DNA of 58,921 bases, filler included, from Nemertoderma westbladi (taxonomy: Eukaryota; Animalia; Xenacoelomorpha): assembly GCA_032718475.1 (NCBI GenBank). It is 3 parts of 3 records of this genome, joined end to end, with 100 filler letters (N's around TTAATTAATTAA, not from the genome) between each part and the next. Parts side by side here need not be neighbours in the genome. Positions count along the whole stretch, not along the records: positions 1 to 24,800 come from JAUCBJ010006040.1; 2 more parts are not named here. The stretch is one strand, 5' to 3'. The position numbers were made by a program, and so were the translations under genes. Positions 13,829 through 24,900 of this stretch are shown here, one piece after another (positions within the stretch are counted from its first letter, which is position 1; every line of letters starts with the position of its first letter). Under the pieces are notes generated by a model that did not search any database, was not told the origin of the DNA, and saw only the letters and a list, made by a program, of their open reading frames with translations.

Positions 13829-15378
13829 TGGTCGTCGTCGACTTGCTTCCTCTCGTCCTCCGTTCTCGCTTCCTGTTCGGCCTTCTGCAGTGTGAACAGT
13901 TCTCGCAACTCGGTACCTACACTCGCCCCACATTCTTCGATCATTCGCATCCCCTTCTCGGCGATTTCATTCGCCTTCCTGGTCCGTTCTTCGCTCTCTA
14001 GGTTTAATCTCGCACTTTCCAACTGCGCCAGTTTACGTTCTTCTTCTTCCCTCGCTCGTCTCGCTGCGCTCTCTTCTTCCACGCGCGCCTTCTCTTCATA
14101 CAACGCCCGTCGCTCCTTCTTGATCTCGAGTTCTCGTTCTTTACGCTCGTGTTCGAGTTGAAGTTCGTATTCCATGCGCTCGCGTTCCTTCTGTTCGCGT
14201 TCCTTGCGCTCGCGTTCCGCTTGCTCACGCTTACCTTTCTCTTCCAACTCTCGCAACTTTGCGTCTAACTTACGTGTGCGCTCCCGTTCCCGCTCGGCTT
14301 CCTTCCGTGCTTCCGATGCACGCAAAACTTCCACTTGTTGTTCGTCTAGTCGGCGTCTTTTCTCCTCTGCCGAGTTATGAGAAACAAGGGATCTAGCACA
14401 TATAACCTTCCCTCGCGAGTGACTAACCTGGGAATCGCCACTGTCTCTGGATGCGTCGTCGGGTGGAGTCAACGTCCTCTGTTGGATGTTCTCCGTCATC
14501 GGTAGCACCTGGCCTGGTACCACCACTCCATTCTGTATCAGCCAGCTAGTAACTTCCCTCTGATACCGGCGCTCTTCCTTGTCTTGCGTCTCTTCACGCT
14601 CCACTAACTCTCTCAACTCCGCGTCACTCACCTGAGTCACCTGCGCTTGTGATGCCCATAGCAACCAGTTCTCCGTCCTAACTCGTCGGAATCGCTCCGA
14701 TAACGCGCGGTGCTCCAACGAGGCTGCTAAAACCCTATCTTAAACCCTCGTCGCCACGTTGCTTGACTGAGACTCCACTGCTTTCTTTGCTAGGACTGCA
14801 AGCTCCTCCGTCTGCTTGAATAACGTTGAGTTATATCCCCTTCTAATTTCTACTAACCCTTCCCTTCCGATGTTACCTGAGTCGGCTAGCATCTTCCTTA
14901 CCTTGTCCGTCGTCCGAGTTATATGTCCGGCATGCGCGCGAAGTTTCTTCTTTATCGCGATGTCTAGTTCTCTCTCGCTTACCTGACTTACACTTGGTGG
15001 ACTTGAAGGATTATTCTGGGAACTACGGGTACTCCTTATAGCCACTGGGACCACGGCACTTACCATACACACAGGTCTGGAAACCGGGCTCTGGGCTCTC
15101 GCTTCTGCTACACTACCCTCCCTATCACTCACCTCTGTCCGGGCTGCTATGCAATCCTTCCTTACAGTAGTGGTAGGGGATCCTAATACTATTACTGGTG
15201 GTCCTTGTTCTTCCTCACTAGTTACTGTCTCGTCCTCCTGTTCACTTACGTCAGCGTCGCTCGCTGCGTCGTCATAGTCGGCATTGTCATCGACAGTAAT
15301 ATTTACACTATCGTCAGTCGGCGGTCCAGCCGCCGTCTCATAGCTGTCCTCTAGTGCCTCCTTGTCTGAGACACTCAT
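13829..15378 (-). pseudogene. gag-like N-terminal region (acidic head, long E/R coiled coil) of the BEL/Pao element, one in-frame stop
   Basis: ORFs 14740-15378 and 13636-14718 share a frame. Position downstream of the 5' LTR. Fused out of frame to the RNase H region at about 13828. Confidence 0.75.
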
Positions 15379-16316
15379 AGTCTAAATAATGTTTTACCTT
15401 GCGGCTAAAATCTCGCAAAATTTCGAGATATATATATAATTTAATCGAAAATACGATCAAATTATTTGTCAAATAATTGGTTGTCCAAAACGTCAAAATA
15501 AATTCGCAATGCAATATTGTGAATTTAATAGGGTATAGTTATAGCAAATACCAGTACAATATTTAAACAAAAATATTATTCTATAGCTATTATATAGCAT
15601 TTAAATACCGGTATGACACAAAATAGTTTCTGAATCTAATTCAAAATATTCAGAATTAATTTGCCACCCAAATATTTCTAATTTTACATATATAGCTCTA
15701 ATCAACGCAATTTTAATTTCAAATATTATATGTATCCACTAGCGCGTGGCTACACCTTTGGGTTGCAACTCTCTCTCTCTCTCTCTCTCTCTCTAACTTG
15801 AGCGATTCAAAAAACCATGGTCGGCTAAACCTAACTAACCTAACTAATAAATTGAGTTCAACTTCGCAGTTAAACAACCGGTAACCTTTTACTGCTTCCA
15901 CAAACACAATAGTGCCAACAGAACAACTAACCTTGTTTGCTGTGAGATTCCACGTCCGCGTCCAAAGTTTCAGGCTCTTCGCTGATTGCAAACCGAACCC
16001 GCAGACCCACACAAACCCCAAACTCAGAAGCTCTATCTCGCCATGTATCTCCAGATGGTATAAAATAATTAAGCGGTTATCCAACATACCGGTACAAAAC
16101 TCTAGATTTTATTATATATAAATTTGGACCAAAACTGAATTCTCACAAACCTAGCTAAAATTTTCAAAACTTACTAATTTACAATTTACCCTAACGGCCC
16201 AATAAATTGCTGTATTCCACGATTAGTAAACAAATGTTTCTTACTGTTGCAAAGCAACAGCAAAATAAAAAGTGGTTCTTACTGTACGTAGTACAGTAAG
16301 TCAAAGTGGTTCTTAC

Positions 16317-18296
16317 TGTTAAACAGGGGCGATCAGGAGCACGTTATTACTGCCGCACTACAGCACTGCTGCTAAACACAAAACTGCTTCTCACCGCTGG
16401 ATGGCGCTAACCTGGCCGTTCGCTAATATATTTTACTAATTTTTTTACGGCTCCTGCAAATCGCTTGTTCCTTTCTCTGTTGATCGCTCAACAGAGAGCT
16501 AACTGTTCGAATCTATGAGCCATGCGGGAATAACCAAAACAATAAACCCAAATCGGCTCCCTAAGCTACTTAAAACGAGTGCGGGTGACCTAGCACTCAG
16601 AGCTCACTTATCGCAAAATACTGGAATTCACTGGCAGAACACATTGAATGTGATAATGTTTTAAATGTTAAGGGGATAGATCTGTTACTTTCCTAGGTGC
16701 TGAAACTTGGCCTTTGGCTGGTTTTAGACCAGCAAACTTACTACTGCTGTACTGTATACTGGACACTGCTGCCAGCCCGTTGCCCCGCTATTTTCAAATA
16801 AACGCCTAGCGTGAATAGTCTACAGTATTCTAAACAATTACTTAAACTACTCTCCGCTATGCTGCGTACAAATTCTTATTTTATTTTATCGCTAAATTAA
16901 TTACAGTCATAAATACAAATTTGCGTACTAATTACTAGATTTTCCAGAATACGTACTTCTAATTTATTACGTACTGGGGCTTATACTAGCAACAGTCTAA
17001 ATGCGGTATTATTTTGACCTAATTAGCAATTAATAAGCATAAACTAAGAAATGGAAATCAATCAAGGGAAACAGCGCCTATCTAAGCATTCACATTTAAG
17101 AATCAGGCACTCTTTAGCAACACAACACAAATAGCGTAGCAATTAGATAGTAGTACGGCAGATAGCGCTAACTACACCAATCAGCTAGTACATCAGTTAG
17201 TACATCAGTATACCAGTATTAGTCATCCATCCAATCAGTCAGTCAGTCAGTCAGTGTAAGAACCACAGGTCACCCAAAGCCACACATGGGACTCCTAACT
17301 AAACCCAAATTCTGCCCCCCTAAAACTACAAAGTAGAGACAGAAATCTGGATCGTCAGCCCCCTAATACTGTAACAGTGGCTGGTCCCCAGTCCTCAACT
17401 GACTAACCCCGACCGCAACGGTGGCCCCCGCCAGCGTCGCCCCGCTTTGGATCCTCTGCACTCCCTTCCGTCGCTTCCTCCCAGTGCGCCCGCCGCGCCT
17501 ACCGGTACCTTAGCCCTCCATTAGAATGAATTGCTACCGTAGCGGCACATGCAATCACAAACAGTCTGACAGTCTAAAGAAATCCCGTGGGATTATCACA
17601 TCTTAAATCACATAGGAATAAATAATCAAAGTAGAAATCATAATTCAAGGTTGTAATTTGCAGTAATTGATAATGAGAGATTAAGATAGACGAAAAATTA
17701 ACAATTAACAAACGGCAGAAACCAGAAACAAACTACAATACTGCCACTGGTATGAGAGATTAAGAGATTAAGATGCACATACCGGAAATACAGCCAATTT
17801 ATAGGTGATGCAACAGGGATGACGCAATAGTCTTCTCATTGGTTCCCCAATCCGCCCCACCATCAGACCAACCTGGAACAGCTGGGCCAATAAGGAAGCC
17901 GGATTGTGAACTTCATGGCTCCCAAATCGCAAATTATTACCATATATGGTAATGGATCACGTCCTTGGCTGCTGAATGGTTAGGATTGCATCCCTGGATG
18001 CTGGCCCTATCAAGGCTAATAACAGCAAGCTTAAATCCAGGGTCCAACTTGCTACCCTGGAACTATCTACTTATATCCTATTACAAAATTACATAGGTAG
18101 GGCTACATACTATACAAAATGGATGAATACAAATATATGGGCATTTTATTTTCCTTATCTAAATGTCATCGCGCATTATCATGTCTTATCTAAATAATTA
18201 TACTGCATAATAACTAATATTGTGTACAGTATAACGGCTAATAATGTGTACGGCATAATGGCTAATAATGTAAATACAGCGCCATATACCGTAACA
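16317..18296 (-). repeat. 5' LTR of BEL/Pao element
   Basis: Direct repeat of 5748-7740. CCAAT and TGACGCA motifs at about 17820-17890 and a minus-strand TATAAAT near 17797-17803. Confidence 0.95.
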
Positions 18297-18301
18297 GTTG
18301 T

Positions 18302-18900
18302 GGTTTAGAAAATCTACGCACCGCAACTATAAAACAATTCACAAACATACCCGAACTACTAGCAACGGAAGCTAACCTAATCTATACATACAACCCCCCA
18401 CTTAACGTAGCAAGACCAGCAATCTAAACCCAACTTTTTATATAATACACCCTATATTCTATATCTTACACAACTACAGTGCCCTCTATAGCGAATTTCC
18501 GGGGTTTCTATGTGCTTTTCCCCTATCTTCTTTTTTGTTTTTGTCTTCGGTTTTTCTGTTTCTTGTGATTTCTTACTCTGTAAAAATTCCCCGGCAATAT
18601 GTAGACAGATAACCCAACCTGTAACCCTATATTTGTACTTTAGATTGACAGCTCACAACTAACTCGGTGAATTTTCCCTATCACAATTACCTTAAGTTAT
18701 ACAGTACATACATACACGTTAACCTTTCTGGGATTCACCTATCAGGTATTTCCCCTTTAAAACTTATATATATATATATATATATAGATCCCCACCTTTT
18801 CCTGTTAGTTGCCAGTACATAGTCTGATGCAGACCGGTAGGTCGAAAACGTTTACTATTATATCTTTATCTAATATAATATAACCAGCTAAAGACCCTCA
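18302..18900 (+). mobile_element. 3' part of the Penelope-like element (GIY-YIG C-half and 3' terminal region)
   Basis: Continues the frame broken at 5747: (C)GLENLRTATIKQF..LLATEANLIYTYNPPLNVARPAI*, with the conserved GIY-YIG Glu and terminal Asn. Confidence 0.82.
18819..18858 (+). ncRNA. Minimal type-I hammerhead-ribozyme-like motif (variant core)
   Basis: ATAGT-CTGATGCA-GACC ggta GGTC-GAA-AACGTT-T-ACTAT: stem I, stem II and palindromic stem III, at the 3' end of a Penelope-like element. Confidence 0.7.
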
Positions 18901-19212
18901 ATACTTTATTTTTTTCTATCATCTTTATAAAATATTTACGTATTGTATGTACAGTACATCCAAAATAAGAGACAACATACCTGAACTCACGAACCGACAG
19001 TAACTAGGTGTTACCACATCACCAACTGGTAGAGGACACATCATAGTACATATGTACTAAATTTCAAGACGATTGACCAAAACGGGGCCGAGATAATAAG
19101 GGGGGGTCGAATCGACTCCCCCCCCCCCCCCCCCCCGGCCCTAAGCGGGTTAAAAAACGCCCGACCCTAAAAGGGTTAATGGTATTCCAACAGCCAAAAT
19201 GTACTTTTTACA

Positions 19213-19430
19213 TAAATAAATAAATAAATAAATTTAACATTTTATATTTGTTATTGCAGGCGCGCCATCAGGGACTATTACAGCCTCATCAGAGCGCCTG
19301 TATTATTTTTCCCCCAGCAAAGCCAGGTTCCCATTATACCGCTAGGTTGGCGTCGGCACTAAAGTGTCTTGTCTGAGGATTGAACAGCGCGAAACTTCTA
19401 CAGCCTTTAGTCGGATTTGAACCTGCGCCG
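19213..19430 (-). mobile_element. 5'-truncated tRNA-derived SINE
   Basis: Minus strand has B box GGTTCAAATCC, a CAAGACACTT / GGTATAATGGGAACCTGG core and a (TTTA)n tail. Confidence 0.6.
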
Positions 19431-19713
19431 CAAACACTATTATAAAAGCAGTTCAGGCGCCGTTTGGTGCTGTAAAGTTCTACTTTACCGTGAACAGTAC
19501 TTTACGTTTTGCTGGCTATTAAGGTTATGTGAACCGCCAGGTTCTGTGCACAATACTACTTCATGAACCTGATTCATACAGAACCGTGTTTTGATTTAAG
19601 TTATTTCCCATTGCAGTTTTAATTAAGTCAGTATGGGATGGTTCTCAAATATTTACAGTATGTCCAATACAAAACATTCGTGAATATTCTTGTCATAAAT
19701 TCGTCTCGAACCG

Positions 19714-20731
19714 CCACCATACTTTCTCCACCATACTTTCTCCACCATACTTTATCCACCATACTTTCTCCACCATACTTTCTCCACTATACTTTCTCCA
19801 CCATACTTTCTCCACCATACTTTCTCCACCATACGTTCTCCACCATACTTTCTACTTTCTCCACCATACTTTCTCCACCATACTTTCTCCACCATACTTT
19901 CTCCACCATACTTTCTCCACCATACTTTCTACTTTTTCCACCATACTTTCTCCACCATACTTTCTACTTTCTCCACCATACTTTCTCCACCATACTTTCT
20001 CCACCATACTTTCTCCACCATACTTTCTACTTTCTCCACCATACTTTCTCCACCATACTTTCTACTTTCTCCACCATACTTTATCCACCATACTTTCTCC
20101 ACCATACTTTCTCCACCATACTTTCTACTTTCTCCACCATACTTTCTCCACCATACTTTCTACTTTCTCCACCATACTTTATCCACCATACTTTCTACTT
20201 TCTCCACCATACTTTCTACTTTCTCCACCATACTTTCTCCACCATACTTTCTCCACCATACTTTCTCCACCATACTTTCTCCACCATACTTTTTCCACCA
20301 TACTTTCTCCACCATACTTTCTCAACCATACTTTCTCCACCATACTTTCTCCACCATACTTTCTCCACCATACTTTCTACTTTCTCCACCATACTTTCTC
20401 CACCATACTTTCTACTTTCTCCACCATACTTTCTCCACCATACTTTCTCCACCATACTTTCTCAACCATACTTTCTCCACCATACTTTCTCCACCATACT
20501 TTCTCCACCATACTTTCTCCACCATACTTTCTCCACCATACTTTCTCCACCATACTTTCTCCACCATACTTTCTCCACCATACTTTCTCCACCATACTTT
20601 CTCCACCATACTTTCTCCACCATACTTTCTCAACCATACTTTCTCCACCATACTTTCTCCACCATACTTTCTCCACCATACTTTCTCCACCATACTTTCT
20701 CCACCATACTTTACTACCATACTTTACTACC
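19714..20731. repeat. 14-bp minisatellite (CCATACTTTCTCCA) with 7-bp TACTTTC insertions
   Basis: Direct reading of the array. Confidence 0.96.
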
Positions 20732-21881
20732 ACACCTTCCCTTCATTCTGAGATAAACTTCTTCTACATATTGAAATTATCAAACTATACAATCGAACTC
20801 CAATAAATCACTTGAGTTGTATTTTACATCACAGGTTAGTTTTGTACTGTTTACTGTATTGTAAATAATAAAATAAATCTACCACGAACATAAAACTTGC
20901 AATAAATTACAACAAAACCTATTGAGTACAACTCAATAAATTACTGTATAACTGTTCTCTGCCTGCATTACCACCAATGAGTTCCATATTTATTTCTACT
21001 TAATACAACATATGTTACCTATGAATAAAACCTATTTCTGTACCTTATAAGTATACCTTATTTATATCAATTACATTACCAAGTTCCTTAATCATTGATA
21101 ATCACAATGGACAAATCATAATACACACACACATTTTTTTTCGCAAAATTTATATATTTTCCAATTTATTTATTATTATAAATTTATAAAGCTTTCAAAC
21201 TCCAAAAACTTTTGGAGAATATTAATTATTAATGAAAAAGAACAAGAATGCTACTTAGTATTAAAATATAATATCTAATGTAAGAACCGGCCCAACCTCC
21301 ACAGTGTCAACCCATATCCTTAACTAAATCTACATAATTATCAATATAAATTTATCCAGCAAAACATCCGAGCAAAACTTATCATCGAGCCAAGTTTCAG
21401 AGATTGTTAAAAATGTCGGATTGGATTAGGCGATTGATTTTATCGAATTCGAAACTTTTTGATGCAGACCTCAGGCCTTTAACCCTTTCCGGCCGACTGT
21501 ATATTTTTGTATACACTGAATTTATTTCACTACGGATTGCATAATTTTAACTAATTATAGTTGGTTTCATCCAATTGTGGCACTATCACACTTCCTTTAT
21601 TTATAAATTACCGATTCTGATTGGATAATTGTAGTAGAAGGCTTCAATGAACGATTTTAGATGCCGTGTTTTCAGGTATTGACATGATGACTACCTGGTA
21701 TAGGAAAGATGGTTATTTAACGGCTTTAGCAAAGCGATATTGAGAATTTTGATTGGGTATTCCAAAGATGGATTTTCCAATGAGATAATAATATTTCCAG
21801 GATAAACTTTACAGTACATGTAGGCTGGTAGTGTTATTGATAAACCACTGTATACATTTGTCTACGTTAGGTTTATAAAGT

Positions 21882-22747
21882 TGGGGAGTAGAAGTGGTGC
21901 AGCCACAGTTGTGGAGTAGATGTGGTGCAGCACCGTTGGGGAGTAGATATGATTCAGCCACCGTTTGGGTGATTTGGTGCATCCACCATTGGGGTGTACG
22001 CCTAGATGTGGTGCAGCCACCATATGGGAGTCGATGTGTGACCATTGGGGTGTAGATGTGGCGCAGCCACCATGGGGAGTAGATGTTGACCATAGGGTAG
22101 TAAAGGTGATGCAGCCACCATTGTGGATAGATGTGGTGCAGTCACCATTGGGGAGTAGATGTGGAACAGCCTCCATTGTGGAGTAGATGTGGCGTAGCCA
22201 CCATAGGGGAGTAGATGTTGACCATTGGGCCTTGGGAGTAGATGTGATGCAGCCACTATTGGGGAGTAGATGTGGCGCAGTCACCATTGGGCCTTGGGAG
22301 TAGATGTGATGCAGCCACTAATGGGGAGTAGATGTGGCGCAGTCACCATTGGGGAGTAAATCTGGCGCACCCACCATTAGGGAGTAGATGTGATGCAGCC
22401 ACTATTTGGGAGTAGATGTGGCGCAGTCACCATTGGGCCTTGGGAGTAGATGTGATGCAGCCACTAATGGGGAGTCGATGTGGCGCAGTCACCATTGGGG
22501 AGTAAATCTGGCGCACCCACCATTGATGAGTAGATGTGGTGCAGCTACCATTGGGGAGTAGATGCTGACCATTGATGAGTAGATGTGATGCAGCCACCAT
22601 AGTGAAGTAGATGCTGACCATTAATGAGTAGATGTGGTGTAGCCACCATATGGAGTAGATGTTTACCATTGGGCCTTGGGAGTAGATGTGTTTCAGCCAC
22701 CATTGCGGAGTAGATGTGGTGCAGCCACCGCTGGGGAGTAGATGTTG
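21882..22747. repeat. Degenerate minisatellite, ~29-bp core GGGGAGTAGATGTGGTGCAGCCACCATT with shorter variants
   Basis: About 30 imperfect copies of the GAGTAGATGT..CCATT motif. Confidence 0.9.
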
Positions 22748-23049
22748 TACACCCACAGTAAACAGGCAGGGCAGATAGACATACAAACAATTGAAAAAAG
22801 TCAGTCGATACTGTTTTTTTCAAACTTGAACAAAACTGACAGAAAAAAACCTCCACTGTATAATTCTTCATTTTAAGTTTTTTTGTCGCACTGTGTTGCT
22901 TTTAAACAACGTGTGTTGTGAAAACACACAAAATTATAAAATTTTGGCATTTTGGTAAATTTCACAGTATTGACAGGTTTTTATTACCAAAAAACATAAT
23001 TTAAGTTTTTTTAATTAAAATTGCCTGCTCGTTGTATGCTTGTTTATTC

Positions 23050-23081
<32 letters not shown>

Positions 23082-23309
23082 ATATACTTACTATACGATG
23101 TATGTATGACAATCTAGAGTTCGTATACAAAAGTATACATTGGGAACATGTTTCATATACCTAACGTATACTTTTGTATTCAATAAAAAAAAAAAAACAT
23201 TGGAAATAATTTTTTGAAAATTTTTTCATCGAAAATTATTATTTGGTGTATAATTAACCCATTAACAAGACCAACCAATTTTTTTTCCTAAATTAAATTA
23301 ATTCAGACC

Positions 23310-23789
23310 TACTACTACTAGGATCGGCATGCTGCATTGCAGCTGCATTTTTAAGAATGCTGTGCCGGCTTGTCAACAAAATTGCACCGCCACAACTCCC
23401 TATCACCCATGACATTTGCTAGATCATCCGCATCTTTAAGGCCAGTGTCCTTTACGATGCGTCTCAAGAAAGTCATGGGCTGTCCACCATGCTTATTCAC
23501 TCCATGAGGCTGCCAAAGTACAAGATTATGCACTGGCTGGTCCTCACGGCGAAAGCAATGTCCTGCAAAGCGGAGGCGATTTTGTTCTAGTGTCAAGCTG
23601 GGGGGAACCAATGAGACACCTCCAATCTTATATAGTGTCTGGTTGGATATGTTTGCAATGTACTTGACACAATGTACCCGGCGTAGCATTCTTGTGAATG
23701 TGCCATCCAGAGATTTGGTGTCCTCAGCAGTTAGAGCCCAGCATGGACTCCCATAGAGGAGTACTAGAACTACTGCTGCTCTAAATAAT
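23310..23789 (-). mobile_element. RTE-clade LINE 3' fragment with (TAG)n tail
   Basis: RLFRAAVV.VLLYG..W.LT..DGTFTRMLR..RLRFAGHCFR..LVLWQP..DRELWR. Confidence 0.88.
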
Positions 23790-23900
23790 CGGACATAAAT
23801 AATCTACATAGCATGTAGACTTACATTAATGTCACGCAGGAGTTAAGAATTCTTACTGATCCATTAATCAGCTCAGGAGATGCTTGTATACTGAGGACCA

Positions 23901-24376
23901 ATTATTTAGAGCAGCAGTAGTTCCAGTACTCCTCTATGGGTGTCCATGCTGGGCACTAACTGCTGAGGACACCAAATTTCTGGATGGCACATTCACAAGA
24001 ATGCTACGCCGGGTTCATTGTGTCAAGTACATTGCAAACATATCCAACCAGACACTATATAACATTGGAGGTGTCTCATTGGTTCCCCCAAGCTTGACAC
24101 TAGAACAAAATCACCTCCGCTTTGCAGGACATTGCTTTCGCCGTGAGGACCAGCCAGTGCATAATCTTGTACTTTGGCAGCCTCATGGAGTGAATAAGCA
24201 TGGTGGACAGCCTATGACTTTCTTGAGACGCATCTTAAAGGACACTGGCCTTGAAGATGCGGATGATCTAGCAAATGTCATGGGTGATAGGGAGTTGTGG
24301 TGGTGCAATTTTGTCGATAAGCCGGCCCAGCATTCTTAAAAATGCAGCTGCAATGCAGCATGTCGATCCTAGTAGT
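23901..24376 (+). mobile_element. RTE-clade LINE 3' fragment, inverted twin of 23310-23789
   Basis: Same peptide and 3' UTR on the opposite strand (ORF 23884-24339). Confidence 0.88.
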
Positions 24377-24800
24377 AAAAATACTGGAGCAACACTAGTG
24401 CAGTGAGTGAATAGCCCATACAATCAGAACCACCTTTGGAAACTTCCTAGCTTTTTCTTCGAGAATATTAGATGTGGCAAAGCCTTCACAATATAGGCTC
24501 CCTGATGCCCAGTGTTTCGGCGAGAAAGGTCATTAGGAAAGGGACTCACAGAAATTCTGGCCGCTCTCTCTCTCCTCTAGGGGGTAAATCAGGTTGCCCG
24601 TCAAAAGATAACTCACAGAAAATACATAATGCCAAACGTTAGTACCAAATCATTTCAGAACTAATTTGCACCTATGGCCACATGATACAACATTAGTAAT
24701 GAGATGCTACTATTTTTAGACTGATGATTCCCATTTGTTATATCATTGATATTTTAGGTAATTTTATTTAATTTGACAAATATGTTATTATGGGCTCAAC

Positions 24801-24900
24801 NNNNNNNNNNNNNNNNNNNNNNNNNNNNNNNNNNNNNNNNNNNNTTAATTAATTAANNNNNNNNNNNNNNNNNNNNNNNNNNNNNNNNNNNNNNNNNNNN
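24801..24900. other. Assembly gap / artificial contig linker
   Basis: 100-nt N run with central TTAATTAATTAA (stops in all six frames). Confidence 0.97.

Larger units (their letters stand above)
5748..18296 (-). mobile_element. BEL/Pao LTR retrotransposon, defective, 5-bp TSD GTTGT
   Basis: Two ~2-kb TG..CA direct repeats. GTTGT at 5743-5747 and 18297-18301. Pao-type RNase H and integrase on the minus strand. Confidence 0.95.

Noticed and set aside
19270-19300. CTGATGAG on the minus strand of the SINE (also plus strand at ~26556)
   Set aside because: No GAAA or stem II/III follows, so not a hammerhead.
19638-22871. ORFs over the 14-bp and ~29-bp arrays; CRISPR-like appearance of the second array
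   Set aside because: Tandem repeats without unique spacers, no cas genes, eukaryotic context.
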